Assembly: GCA_013150955.1 (NCBI GenBank)
Contig: JAADJD010000005.1
Span: 31,096-95,095 of the forward strand
Reading direction: 5' to 3'
Length of the DNA: 64,000 nt
DNA from: Calditrichota bacterium
GTDB taxonomy: Bacteria > Calditrichota > Calditrichia > RBG-13-44-9 > J042
Part shown: positions 51,659 to 62,480 of the stretch, one piece after another
Position numbering within the stretch: position 1 is the stretch's first letter
Layout: every line of letters starts with the position of its first letter
Made by a program: the position numbers and the translations under genes
The notes under the pieces: model-generated
Database searches by the model: none
What the model was told of the DNA's origin: nothing
What the model saw: the letters and a program-made list of their open reading frames with translations, nothing else

Positions 51659-53413
51659 TTACCGCTCCTTTTCCAGCTGTTCGATGAATTGCCGGACGCG
51701 TTCCTGCAGCTGGCGGTAATCGGTGTGTTGGGTCTCCACCTCGATGATGCAGGAATTCTTGCTTTGCAGCGCATCGGTGTATGCCTGTTCAAATGCGGCC
51801 GGGGTGGTGGGCTTTTGATAGTCCAATCCAAAGAATTCGGCCAGTTTTTGAAAGGTTAATTCATGGGGCGTCAGGAAAAAGCGTTCGAACACATCCGGGA
51901 ACTGTGCAATGGGCAGGAATTGAAAGATCCCCCCACCGTGATTGTTGATAACGACCAAGATGATCGGATGGGGGAGGCGAACCAGCAGGGCTAACGCGTT
52001 CATGTCGTGGATCAGCGCCAGATCTCCCAGAAGGAGCGTAACCGGCCGACGGGCTCCAGCGGCGTATCCCGTGGCGGTGGCGATCAGGCCATCGATGCCA
52101 CTGGCGCCGCGGTTCCCCTCTACGGGCAGGCACTTTCCTGCCGGTGGGGCGAACATGTCCAGGTCGCGGATGGGCATGCTGTTTCCCACGAACAGGGCGT
52201 GTTCCGGGGGAATTCGTTCGGCAATCACACGGGCTACTGCCACTTCGCTCAGGGTGTCGGTCGCAAGGGATTTTTGCAGAAATTGATCAATGGTCTGCGA
52301 ATGGTTTTTCAGCCAATCCAGTATTGGGGACGGCCGTACCGGGATTTCCGTCTGAAACAGCCGGTCAACAAAGAGCTCGATGGAGGCCTGTAGCCGCAGG
52401 GTGATTCGATGGGCAGGATCCTGCCGTTCCGGCCCGGCTGCAACGTGAATGTATTGCTGTGGCGGATATGCCTCCAGCCACTGCAGGAAACGCCTGGAGG
52501 TCACCGGTCGACCAATATGAAGAATGGTGTCGATCCTCAGCTTCCGTTGCAGCGGTCGGGAATGAAGCAGCTGGTCAAAATAAAAGATGATGGGCCATTG
52601 ATTGCCAGCCAGTCGGTAACCGGATCGGATGTCTGCAAAAACCGGCCAGTTCAGGCGCGTGATGAGTTTGCTCAGGGCAGGATTGGGATTGGGATGTCCC
52701 GTCCAGCCCAGCACCACCAGTCCCCGTCGCGCCCGAAGCAAAGCCGTTTTCACCTGCCGAATGTCGTCATCCGACGGCACCGGAGGCGCGGGGCGATAAC
52801 GCGTGTACGGTTGCTCTCCGGTTTCCCACTGCAGAAGGGGACGCAAGTACCGCGCCGGAATTTTCTGAGGTGTGGGAGCCAGAGGTTCCCGAAACATGCA
52901 GTTCAGGTGAACGGGGCCCGGGTGGTGTCCCACCGCACGGTACCAGAGCTGATCCACCGTGGTCAGGACCACCGTTGGAGGAATGTGCAAATCCGGAGCC
53001 GGCAGGTCGAATGACCAGCGAACGTAATGGGAATACAGTCCGGGCTGTAAAATGGTTTGATTGGCCCCGGTTTCCCGAAGCTCCGGAGGACGATCCGCGG
53101 TAAGGACGATGAGGGGAATTCCCTCCTGTGAGGCTTCGATAATGGCCGGCAGGTAGTTGGCCGTTGCGGTGCCGGAGGTGCAAATCAAGGCCGCTGGTTT
53201 GCCGGTCGCCCGCGCGTATCCCAGCGCGTGAAAAGCCGCTCCTCGTTCGTCGTAGGCAATAAGGTGACGTACCCGTGCATTTCGGGCCACTGCCACCGTC
53301 AAAGGAGTGGAACGGGAGCCCGGAGAGATGATGAAATAGTCCACACCCAGACGCCGGAGTTCTTCAACAATCAGACTGCCCCAAATGGTGTTAATGTTTG
53401 CCCGATCAATCAC
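51659..53413 (-). CDS. menD: SEPHCHC synthase (ThDP-dependent)
   Basis: 584 aa; ThDP enzyme motifs (GSRSTPL, GDLALIHDMN..NN.GGGIF). Confidence 0.9.
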   Translation of the reverse strand: MIDRANINTIWGSLIVEELRRLGVDYFIISPGSRSTPLTVAVARNARVRHLIAYDERGAAFHALGYARATGKPAALICTSGTATANYLPAIIEASQEGIPLIVLTADRPPELRETGANQTILQPGLYSHYVRWSFDLPAPDLHIPPTVVLTTVDQLWYRAVGHHPGPVHLNCMFREPLAPTPQKIPARYLRPLLQWETGEQPYTRYRPAPPVPSDDDIRQVKTALLRARRGLVVLGWTGHPNPNPALSKLITRLNWPVFADIRSGYRLAGNQWPIIFYFDQLLHSRPLQRKLRIDTILHIGRPVTSRRFLQWLEAYPPQQYIHVAAGPERQDPAHRITLRLQASIELFVDRLFQTEIPVRPSPILDWLKNHSQTIDQFLQKSLATDTLSEVAVARVIAERIPPEHALFVGNSMPIRDLDMFAPPAGKCLPVEGNRGASGIDGLIATATGYAAGARRPVTLLLGDLALIHDMNALALLVRLPHPIILVVINNHGGGIFQFLPIAQFPDVFERFFLTPHELTFQKLAEFFGLDYQKPTTPAAFEQAYTDALQSKNSCIIEVETQHTDYRQLQERVRQFIEQLEKER

Positions 53414-53636
53414 CTCGGCTCCTTTTTCGGTTCCCCGCGAAGGGTTAAAAATAGAGCATGACGGGAAAAATCAAAAGGGTTTTTCCAAAACGGATAGTTT
53501 GCCTGCGCGATCTCTGGTAGTAAGAATACCGGACAATTCTGCCCGTCTCCTGACCGATTCATCCTGTTGGTGGGTGTCTACCTTGGGGAAAATCATTTGC
53601 GGGATACTTCCCGGGGGAAAGAACACCGGGCCGCGG

Positions 53637-55055
53637 TTACTGTTTCCCGTTCATCCGCTGGACGATGGTCAGGAAATTGCTGATCTTGTTTTCGATTTCC
53701 TCCCATTCGTTCTCTGCGGTGGAGCCCTCAACGATTCCCGCCCCGGAGTACAGGTGCAGCCGGTGATCTTCGATGAGGCCCGTCCGGATGGCCACCGCAA
53801 ATTCCGCTTCGTTCTGGCTGATCCATCCCACGGGTGCGGCGTACCAGCCGCGCTGGAAGGGCTCCAGATTTTCAATTTCCATTTCTGAGTTCAGGGTGGG
53901 ATATCCTCCCACAGCGGGTGTGGGATGCAACCGGGAAATGATCTGGGCATCGGATACGTCGGGACGCAATTGACCGCGCAGTTTTTTGCACAGGTGTTGC
54001 ACCCGGGTAAGTTTTAAGATGGAGATTTCGGGATCTACCTCATACCTTTCGCAGACGCTGGACAGCACCTCCTTAATGCTTTGTACCACGTAGTCGTGTT
54101 CCCGTAAGTCTTTGGAGGAGTTGAGGAGGGTTTCGGCCAGTTGGCGGTCTTCGGCTTCGGTGGTGCCCCGGGGACGGGTTCCGGCGACTGCTTCGGTTTC
54201 GATGATGCGTCCCACCCGGCGGTAGAGCCGTTCCGGTGAAGCACCCAGGAAGGCCGATCCCGATACCGGTTGCAGGCAGAAGTGGTACGTTTCCGGCGAG
54301 GCCTGCGACAGGCGTTTGAGGATTTCCAGCGGGTGCAGATCCTCTTCGAACTCGAAAGTCGAGCGTCTGGCGAGCACAATCTTCTCAAAGCTGCCGGAAC
54401 GAATCTTCTGCAGGGCCCGGGCAATCATTCGATTCCACCCCTCGTAACCGGGAGCATCCAGCCGGCGCCGGTAGCGGGGGACGGTGAAATCGATGTCGCT
54501 GTCGTTCCACACCACCGTTTCCAGAAAATCCAGCAGCTTTTCGATTTGTAGCGGCAGCGGCTCGCCGGGATGCAATTTTAGATTTAATGCCAGAAAATAT
54601 TGATCGTTTTCCCGGAAAACCTCCAGCTGCGGCAGTACAAACCAGTAGGCGCCAAAATCTGCCCAGAAAGGATCTTCGTTCAGGCGGGGGCTGAATTGAA
54701 ATCCTCCCACATAGCGCATGCGGGGAAATTCCGCATCAAAGTGAGATTGAATTTGACGAAAAATGTGGGTGAAGCCTTCTCGAATGCGCCCCTGAATCAC
54801 ATCGGCCTGGCCAATGCCGGCCAGCTCAAATTGACCATCGCGATTACCCCAGTAGATGCAGGTGGACTGCCGTTGGTGCATGAGCCAGTTCAGCGGCTGC
54901 AGCGGTTCCAGCGGTAGCGTCACGCGATGAATGATGGGGCGGGTGATGTGTGTGGTTTGTCGCGAAAGTTGTTCCAGAAAGGTTTGAACCCGATGCTGCA
55001 GGACTTCCGTTGCCAGTGGCAGACGAATCCGAGACTCCTGTTTAGTTCCTATCAT
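53637..55055 (-). CDS. menF: Isochorismate synthase
   Basis: Chorismate-binding domain C-terminal motifs (PTPAVGG, WYAAPVGW). Confidence 0.85.
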   Translation of the reverse strand: MIGTKQESRIRLPLATEVLQHRVQTFLEQLSRQTTHITRPIIHRVTLPLEPLQPLNWLMHQRQSTCIYWGNRDGQFELAGIGQADVIQGRIREGFTHIFRQIQSHFDAEFPRMRYVGGFQFSPRLNEDPFWADFGAYWFVLPQLEVFRENDQYFLALNLKLHPGEPLPLQIEKLLDFLETVVWNDSDIDFTVPRYRRRLDAPGYEGWNRMIARALQKIRSGSFEKIVLARRSTFEFEEDLHPLEILKRLSQASPETYHFCLQPVSGSAFLGASPERLYRRVGRIIETEAVAGTRPRGTTEAEDRQLAETLLNSSKDLREHDYVVQSIKEVLSSVCERYEVDPEISILKLTRVQHLCKKLRGQLRPDVSDAQIISRLHPTPAVGGYPTLNSEMEIENLEPFQRGWYAAPVGWISQNEAEFAVAIRTGLIEDHRLHLYSGAGIVEGSTAENEWEEIENKISNFLTIVQRMNGKQ

Positions 55056-55685
55056 GCCCTTTACCGTTTGTTTTCTCCCGTGCCGTTATGTATGCTTCCT
55101 CATCCATCAAACCGGAATAATGTGGATGCTCTCGTTTCACGCCTCCTGACTCAAAATCGGTGCTGCCGTAATTAAAAGATTGAAATATTAATGAACGCTT
55201 TAATTCCCCTCGTATTTTCGGGAAGTCCAACCGCTCCATCGAACGCTTCTGTCCTTTCTTTTTTGAATAAATCGGTGAGGAATCCCACCGTTGATCCCTC
55301 CCCATACGGTTTTATCCGGCAATCTCTTACCCGGTGCATCCGTTGGAGGAGCGGGACGTTCATTTTATTTCTCATCATGACCAATTTTTCAGTGTCCCGA
55401 ATATGGTTTTGCGACGAATCCTGCTTTTCCTTCATCCATGTGAGTTGCCGGCTGTCTTTACCCGGCATCATCTGTCCGTTCCACCCAATCGAATCCACGT
55501 AAGGTAGACGCATCTTTGAATGTGTCCTTACATTCAGTTGATTTCATTCACCTGTGATGCCTGAAATGCCCGCATTTTCACCGTCGTTAAAACATCCCAC
55601 GCACATTCTGATCCGCCAGTGTGACTGAATTGGAAAATTTGAATATCCATTCGTACAGGTTCTTTTCAGATTGCAACATTTGCGA

Positions 55686-56477
55686 TCACATCAACTTGTC
55701 GCCATAGTAAATGGTGGCCACACCAAAGGTTAAGGATTTGTAGCCAACGCGACTGAATCCCGCCTCGGTCATCAATTGCGCAAACGACTCTCCGTAGGGA
55801 AAGGATTCGACCGTTTTGTTTAAATATTGATAAGCGTAGTGATCTCCAGAAATCCATCCCCCGATTCGCGGCAAAATATTCCGAAAATAAAACAGATATG
55901 CGTTCCGGACGATGGGTGATCGGGGCAGGGAGAATTCCAGTACCAGCGCACGCCCTCCAGGCTTCAAGACCCGGTACATTTCCCTCAGGCTCTGGGGGAC
56001 ATTTTCCACGTTCCGGATCCCAAACGCAATGGTCACCACGTGAAATTGATTGTCCGGAAACGGAATCCGGGTCGCATCTCCCACCTTCAATTCCACCACC
56101 TGATCCAGTTGATGTTCACGGATTTTTTGCTGGCCGATCTCCAGCATCCGTTCAGCAAGATCGATACCCACGGCCCGGAAAACCCGTGCACTTTTTTGAA
56201 ACAGATAAATGATGACGTCGGCCGTTCCGGTGGCCAGATCCAGCACCTCCAGGCATTCCCCCTCCGGAAGAAAGCGGGCCAGTTTTTTCCGCCAGACCAC
56301 ATCCTGACCAAAGGAAAGCAAGCGGTTGAGTAGATCGTAGCGCTGGGCAATGCGGTCGAACATGCGCCACAATTCGTTCCGGGGGACTTCCGGTGTGGGG
56401 GAGGGTGAATATACCGATTGATCTAATTTTTCCATGGTTGCCATCTGTTGATCACCACCGTATGGCTTCGTCACCAA
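55686..56477 (-). CDS. ubiE: Demethylmenaquinone / ubiquinone C-methyltransferase
   Basis: SAM-binding LDLATGTAD and UbiE family C-terminal region. Confidence 0.85.
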   Translation of the reverse strand: MVTKPYGGDQQMATMEKLDQSVYSPSPTPEVPRNELWRMFDRIAQRYDLLNRLLSFGQDVVWRKKLARFLPEGECLEVLDLATGTADVIIYLFQKSARVFRAVGIDLAERMLEIGQQKIREHQLDQVVELKVGDATRIPFPDNQFHVVTIAFGIRNVENVPQSLREMYRVLKPGGRALVLEFSLPRSPIVRNAYLFYFRNILPRIGGWISGDHYAYQYLNKTVESFPYGESFAQLMTEAGFSRVGYKSLTFGVATIYYGDKLM

Positions 56478-56704
56478 AATGCCCGGTTGTCAAACATCCC
56501 GTGCAATGTTCCGTTCCTTCACAAAGGACAAAATTTATGGAATTTAAAGCAATTCATCAAATGAATTATTTTTAAATCCGGGAACCTGAAAAAATAGGGC
56601 GTTGTAAATAAAAATTTATTTGATTGGGAAAATGATTTTCCTTACAAAAGGGGCGAATGGGAATCGGTTACCCGCTGATGCCCAACTTGCTGAATTCAAG
56701 TTGT

Positions 56705-57048
56705 ATTAACCCGGATTATGCCTTCGCCTACGAATGACACGGATGAACACCAATAGAAATAATAAACCCAAATAATGCATTAAACCGCGAATCACACGAA
56801 TGAAGCCAGAAAATTTTTGCAAAATCGCGAATAAACCCTGGAACACATTTTCATCCAGATATCATCCAGTGGATTTTATTGTCTATATTCGTTTTAATTC
56901 GTGTCATTCGTAGGCTATTACCTAAACCGGGATAAAATGCACTGGATTCCATCGGAATGAAAATGTTTTCCCGGAAATATTCGCTATTTTGTTGATTCTT
57001 TTCGAATGCATTCGCGTGATTCGTGGGTTAACGCTTTATTTGGGATTA
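56705..57048. repeat. Cluster of dispersed MITE-like elements
   Basis: TTAACCCGGATTATGCCTTCGCCTACGAATGACACG..., TGGATGAAAATGT box, TTCGCGTGATTCGTGGGTTAACGC. Confidence 0.7.
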
Positions 57049-57489
57049 AGAATTTCTCCAGAAGACAATGCTGCTGGTAAGTAGCGCCACTGCCAGACTG
57101 TAATCCAGTGCCGAGACGCCCATCAGGAAATGAAGATCGCCTTCTGCCATGCGGGAAAGCGAGACACCCAGGGTAATCATGGCCGCCAGTTCAAAATAGA
57201 AGCGAGTGCGGTATGCCTGCCAGAAGCGTGGCCGCGACAGTTGATCGATGCGGGCCAGATTTTTACGGCAAACCGGCATAAATAAAAAGCGCGATTTAAT
57301 CAGCCCGACCAGTATCCCAATTCCGATGGCAAGGGCCGGCACCTTCCAGTGGGGCTGGATGGCGTACGCCTGAAAAAGCAAATCGGTGGCCTTCAGAAGT
57401 AGCACAATGCCACCAATGTACCAGACCACCGCAGCCAGAATTTTTAATGTATTTTTAGAGACCATCATGACGTTCTTCCCATTTTTCAT
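57046..57489 (-). CDS. Hypothetical polytopic membrane protein
   Basis: ORF with 4 predicted TM segments; no recognised motif. Confidence 0.45.
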   Translation of the reverse strand: MKNGKNVMMVSKNTLKILAAVVWYIGGIVLLLKATDLLFQAYAIQPHWKVPALAIGIGILVGLIKSRFLFMPVCRKNLARIDQLSRPRFWQAYRTRFYFELAAMITLGVSLSRMAEGDLHFLMGVSALDYSLAVALLTSSIVFWRNS

Positions 57490-57661
57490 TCCGTCAGAGC
57501 AAATCGAGTCCCATCTAAAAGAGGCAAAATATGATAAAAAAGCCTTCCGCAGACAACTGAATTCTCACTTCTGTGGATGATTCGGAAGGGCTCAATTTTC
57601 TGCGGAAACCATCGATCCTGTTAAATGAAGCAAAAACAGGGATTCCGTTTAAGAAGCAACG

Positions 57662-58861
57662 ATGGTCAAAGAGAGCGAAACCTATCGGCTGGGCACGGCA
57701 TTGTTCGGGTATTTTATTATTGTTACCCTGATTATGACGCTACTTCCGTTCCGATTTCACCTGCCCACCCGGATCGAAATTCTTTTCCACACCAATGTGC
57801 GGGATTTTCTGCTGAATGTGTTCCTGTTTGTGCCCCTTGGATTTTTGTATCAGTTGAGCCGCCCCAAAAACGCTCCCCTGCGAACGGGAGATGTGTTGCT
57901 GTTTGGTCTGGCACTCAGTGCCGCCATCGAGATGGCCCAGCTGTTTTTAGCCGGCCGGTACACCAGCGTGATTGATGTGGTTACCAACGGTGCTGGAGCC
58001 TGGCTGGGGGCATGGGTGTATCGATTTCTCCGGCAGCATCTTCGGCAGCAGGCAGTGGGATTGATGGCCCTGGAGTTGCCGCTGGTGAGCCTGGTCTATT
58101 TGCTTATCCCGCTGCAATGGTTAAGTGGCATGGCCACCGGCAGGGAATTGAATCGCCTGTGGTTGCTCCTGCTGAACGGTTTTATTGGTGCCAGAGTGTT
58201 CGTTGCCATTTATCAGAATCGCCTGAAAGACCTACCTTCCGTAACGCCGGTTGCCGTTACCCTGGCCGCGGTGGTCTGGTTCATTACCGCCAACCTGCCG
58301 GCCCTGCTGAACTTCCCTCTGCGAATCCTGATATTTGCAACGGCCATCGGGGTAATGGTCTACGGACAGGTGCGTCAACCGGTTCGCATCCATCCTGAGG
58401 ATCGCCGCTTCGAAATCCCGACCCTGCGGAAAATCATCCCTCTGTTTGCCCTGTACCTGGTGTTGCTGGTATACTGGCCACCGGTCATTCAAAAATTTCA
58501 ATGGGACTGGATGATACCTGCCGGCCTGTTCAGCGATGATCCACCCATGCCAGTGGTGCTGGGATTTATTGAGTATCTGGCCGCCTGCACATTGATGGGA
58601 TACATGGTAGCGGAATGGCGGGGGCGTTTACACCGGGGAACGGGATGGGCATTCATCCGCCAGTATGTGTTTATTGGACTGGTGGTACTGGCTCTGGAAA
58701 TCCTGCGCGGCCTGCATCCCCAGCATGCGGCCAGTGTGTTGCGCTTTTTCCTGGCTGCTGCGGCCGGAATCTACGGTTCCATTATCTACCGCCTGCAGGT
58801 AAATACCATTCGAAAAATCCTGTCCACGCGGTCTTTTTCTCCTTCCGCAAATTTGCATTAA
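57662..58861 (+). CDS. VanZ-like family membrane protein with extended C-terminal TM domain
   Basis: VanZ-like N-terminal region (LLNVFLFVPLGF...AIEMAQLFLAGRYTSVIDVVTNGAGAWLGAW). Confidence 0.6.
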   Translation: MVKESETYRLGTALFGYFIIVTLIMTLLPFRFHLPTRIEILFHTNVRDFLLNVFLFVPLGFLYQLSRPKNAPLRTGDVLLFGLALSAAIEMAQLFLAGRYTSVIDVVTNGAGAWLGAWVYRFLRQHLRQQAVGLMALELPLVSLVYLLIPLQWLSGMATGRELNRLWLLLLNGFIGARVFVAIYQNRLKDLPSVTPVAVTLAAVVWFITANLPALLNFPLRILIFATAIGVMVYGQVRQPVRIHPEDRRFEIPTLRKIIPLFALYLVLLVYWPPVIQKFQWDWMIPAGLFSDDPPMPVVLGFIEYLAACTLMGYMVAEWRGRLHRGTGWAFIRQYVFIGLVVLALEILRGLHPQHAASVLRFFLAAAAGIYGSIIYRLQVNTIRKILSTRSFSPSANLH

Positions 58862-59420
58862 ACCCGGATTATGCAGTAGCCTGCGAATGACACGAATTCG
58901 CGCGAACAAAAATAATTCACCCCAAATTATGCGATAGCCTACGAATTACACGAATTAACACCAAAAAAAATAATAAAATACACTTGATTCTATCTGGATG
59001 AAAATGTTCTCTTGGATATATTCGCTATTTTGTTGATTTTATTCGAATTCATTCGCATGATTCGTGGTTTAACGCTTTATTTGAGTTCAATTTTATCGGC
59101 ATGAAAATAGGTTCCGGAGTTTATCCCAGATTATGTATTAAACCACGAATTGCACGAATGAACACAAATAAAATTAATAAAATAAATTGGGTAGTATCTG
59201 GATGAAAAATGGTTTTCGTGATTTATTCGCTATTTTGTGGATGTGTTTTGGTTTCATTCGTGTGATTCGCGGTTAAATGCATTTTTGGGATTTATTGTTT
59301 TTGGTTCCATTCGCCTGATTCGCGGTTTAAAGCGTTATTTGGGATTATTCGCGATTGGGTTGATATTTTTGGGATGGATTCACGCGATTTGTGGTTTCGT
59401 GCGTAATTTGGGTTAAAGGT
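58860..59420. repeat. Array of at least 3 dispersed MITE-like elements
   Basis: Repeated AAACCCGGATTATGC / ACGAATTACACGAAT / TGGATGAAAATG / TTCGTGTGATTCGCGGTT blocks. Confidence 0.75.
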
Positions 59421-59488
59421 TACCCTTTTCCGATCGAACATGGTTCATGTCCTCAAATAAACAAGAAGGTCAGGGATAATTACCGATC

Positions 59489-60358
59489 ATGAATTCCTAT
59501 AAATGGATCATGCGGATTTTGTACGGGGTGACCCTTTTATTGTACCTTTATTTTCTGGTGGATGGTTGGGCCTTTTACACAACCCCGTATGCGGAACGGC
59601 CATTTCACGAACAGTACCGCTATCTCAGGCCAGCGGGATTTCAGGGACATGGGTTTGGCATTGTTGGCAGCGCTATGATGATTTTTATGCTGTTGTATTC
59701 GGCACGGAAACGCTGGCGGTTTATGCGCCACTGGGGCCTGTTACGCCACTGGCTGGATGTGCACATTTATTTTGGTATCTTCGGGCCCCTGTTTGTCATT
59801 CTACACTCGGCATTTAAGGTGCAGGGATTGATCGCCGTAAGCTTCTGGTCGATGATTCTGGTGATGTGCAGCGGTATTCTGGGACGCTACCTGTATTTGA
59901 AAATTCCCAGAGACGTTACCGGGGAGGAACTCAGCCTGAGACAATTGCAGGAACAGGAAAAGGAACTGGTACAGGCACTGGCAGAACGCTACCGGCTGGA
60001 TACGTCCGTTCAGGAGCGGATTCAGGCACTGGCCGATATGCGCCGGCTGGAGAGTCTGCCACTGCTCATTTTGTTGTTTACCCTTTTCTTTCAGGATATC
60101 GTGCGTCCATTCCGCATGCGCCGGTTTCGCCAAATGCTGCGCCGACAATCGGGGTTGTCCGCAAAAGAGGCAAAGACCATGTCGCAATTAGTGCAACAAA
60201 AAATTACCCTGCATCAAAAGGTGGTATTGATCAATAAAATACATCGCCTGTTTCATTACTGGCATGTTTTTCATAAGCCCTTTGCGATTATCATGTATTT
60301 GATTATGTTCGTTCATGTGGGCATATCGGTCTGGCTGGGTTACACCTGGATTTTTTAA
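59489..60358 (+). CDS. Putative di-heme cytochrome b membrane protein (DUF4405-like)
   Basis: 5 predicted TM helices; paired His 14 residues apart within TM helices (HIYFGIFGPLFVILH and HKPFAIIMYLIMFVH) as in b-type heme ligation. Confidence 0.55.
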   Translation: MNSYKWIMRILYGVTLLLYLYFLVDGWAFYTTPYAERPFHEQYRYLRPAGFQGHGFGIVGSAMMIFMLLYSARKRWRFMRHWGLLRHWLDVHIYFGIFGPLFVILHSAFKVQGLIAVSFWSMILVMCSGILGRYLYLKIPRDVTGEELSLRQLQEQEKELVQALAERYRLDTSVQERIQALADMRRLESLPLLILLFTLFFQDIVRPFRMRRFRQMLRRQSGLSAKEAKTMSQLVQQKITLHQKVVLINKIHRLFHYWHVFHKPFAIIMYLIMFVHVGISVWLGYTWIF

Positions 60359-60368
60359 GGTCAGGGTC

Positions 60369-62090
60369 ATGATGAACTCCATTTGGTACTTCTGGATTGG
60401 CCTTGTGGGAATGTTGCTATACGGTAGTGTTCCCGCATGGGGACAGCTATCTCCAGGAAAACTCAGCCGGGTGCATCAGCAACTGGAAGGACTCAGGAAT
60501 TGTACCCGCTGCCACGAAGTTGGTAAAAAGCTCAGTCCCCAAAAATGCCTGGATTGCCATCGATTGCTCCGCCAGCGGATTGAAGCTGGAAAAGGCCTGC
60601 ACGCCCATCCCGAATATCGCTCGTGTGAACGATGCCACGTGGATCACCAGGGATTGGATTTTCCCCTGATTCACTGGAAGGACGGGATGGAACGATTGGA
60701 TCATACGTTAACGGGGTTTCCGCTGGAGGGCAAACATGCCCGCCTGAAATGTCGGGAATGCCACCAACCCAAATACATTCAGAATCCTGAAATATTTGAA
60801 CAGGCGGGGAAAGATTTACGCCGAACGTTTCTGGGACTGACAGCCGACTGTTCCCAATGTCACACCGATGTCCATCGGGGAGAGCTGGGGAACGATTGTT
60901 CCCGCTGCCACGATCCACGCGCCTGGTCGCCGGCACCGGGATTCGACCATCAGCAGACGCGCTTTCCACTAACGGGAAAGCATCAGCAGGTGGACTGTGC
61001 CCGCTGTCATCCCACAGAGGAAGCCGAGCCATCTTTGACATCCGGGAAATATCGGAAATTTGTGGGATTGGCATTTGCCAGTTGTGGCGATTGCCATCGG
61101 GATGTGCACCGGGGGAAGCTGGGCAGCCAGTGCGCATCCTGCCATTCCACCCGTGGGTGGAATCAGGTTGCCCTGGCCCGGTTTGATCACGACCAAACGG
61201 GATTTCCGTTAAAAGGCAAACACCGTGAGTTGTCCTGCCAGCAGTGCCATCCGCCGGGGAAATCGTTTGCGGGATTGCCCCATCAATTTTGCGCGGACTG
61301 TCATGACAATCCCCACCGCGGGGAGATGTCGCCAACCCGGTTGCGCTGGGACTGTTCCCGCTGCCATACGGAATCGTCCTTTCAAACCAGCCAGTTCAGC
61401 GTAGAGGATCATCAGGCTACCCGTTTCCCCCTGGAAGGGGCCCATCTGGCCGTTCCCTGCCGGGTCTGTCACTCGCTGGTGGAACGGGAGAATCGCCGGC
61501 AAACGGTGCAATTCCGGTTTGAACCGCTGGATTGCCAGGGCTGTCACTCCCATCCGCATGGACAAACCATTCCCGCCCGTTTCCAGGGGAAGGATTGTAA
61601 GGCCTGTCACGGTGTGGTGGACTGGCACGTGACGACATTTGACCATGCGAAAACCAATTTTCCACTGGAGGGACGGCATCAATCGGTTCCCTGTGGTGCC
61701 TGTCATCGGAGCCTCATGTCAGAAGATGGGCGCGGACACGTCCCGCTGGCGGGGATTTCGTCACGGTGCCAGGATTGCCATCCCGATGTGCATCAACGCC
61801 AGTTTGCCGAGCGCGCGATTAACGAGAAGGAAGGTGCCTTGCAGACCGATTGTCGTCGCTGCCACACACCGGAAGACTGGACGGCGCGCCTGTTCGATCA
61901 CAATCGGGATTCGCGATTTCCTCTGGAAGGTGCGCACCTGCGGGTGGCGTGTCAGGCCTGTCATCCTCAGGAGCGGGAAGGTAACGTGATTTTCACGCGC
62001 TATCGACCAATGGACGTGGCCTGCCGTGCCTGTCACGGATCATCACTAAACAAAGAAGCGCAGGAATCAACCGGGAAGGGAAGTTCATGA
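60369..62090 (+). CDS. Multiheme c-type cytochrome, 20 CxxCH motifs (doubled-CXXCH repeat architecture)
   Basis: Signal peptide MMNSIWYFWIGLVGMLLYGSVPAWG; 20 CxxCH; recurring FPL(E/T)G(K/A)H...C..CH modules. Confidence 0.85.
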   Translation: MMNSIWYFWIGLVGMLLYGSVPAWGQLSPGKLSRVHQQLEGLRNCTRCHEVGKKLSPQKCLDCHRLLRQRIEAGKGLHAHPEYRSCERCHVDHQGLDFPLIHWKDGMERLDHTLTGFPLEGKHARLKCRECHQPKYIQNPEIFEQAGKDLRRTFLGLTADCSQCHTDVHRGELGNDCSRCHDPRAWSPAPGFDHQQTRFPLTGKHQQVDCARCHPTEEAEPSLTSGKYRKFVGLAFASCGDCHRDVHRGKLGSQCASCHSTRGWNQVALARFDHDQTGFPLKGKHRELSCQQCHPPGKSFAGLPHQFCADCHDNPHRGEMSPTRLRWDCSRCHTESSFQTSQFSVEDHQATRFPLEGAHLAVPCRVCHSLVERENRRQTVQFRFEPLDCQGCHSHPHGQTIPARFQGKDCKACHGVVDWHVTTFDHAKTNFPLEGRHQSVPCGACHRSLMSEDGRGHVPLAGISSRCQDCHPDVHQRQFAERAINEKEGALQTDCRRCHTPEDWTARLFDHNRDSRFPLEGAHLRVACQACHPQEREGNVIFTRYRPMDVACRACHGSSLNKEAQESTGKGSS

Positions 62091-62148
62091 TCCAAAAACG
62101 AGGTTGCCCGGATTTTGTTTCCGTTGGTGACGAAAGCATCGATCATTT

Positions 62149-62325
62149 TAACCCAGATTATGCAATAGCCTACGAATTACACGAATTAAAACGAATAAAA
62201 ATAATAAAATCCATTTGATGATATCTGGATGAAAATGTGTTTTGTGTTTTATTCACGATTTTGCAGATATTTTTTGGTTTCATTCGTGTGATTCGCGGTT
62301 TAATGCATTATTTGGGTTTAAATAA
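62149..62325. repeat. Dispersed MITE-like palindromic element
   Basis: TTAACCCAGATTATGCAATAGCCTACGAATTACACGAATTAAAACGAATAAAAATAATAAAAT...TTCGTGTGATTCGCGGTTTAATGCA. Confidence 0.75.
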
Positions 62326-62480
62326 GATCTGAATTTTTTGAGGAAAATATGTGGGTGAGCAAAACTCCATGATAGCAAACAGGAAATTTTTCTGAAGGGA
62401 TTCTTATTGAGGAAAATTACCGGATTAAACCGTCGTTCAGTTAAACGGTTTCGGAGCGTATTCACAAAAAGGGACAGGAC

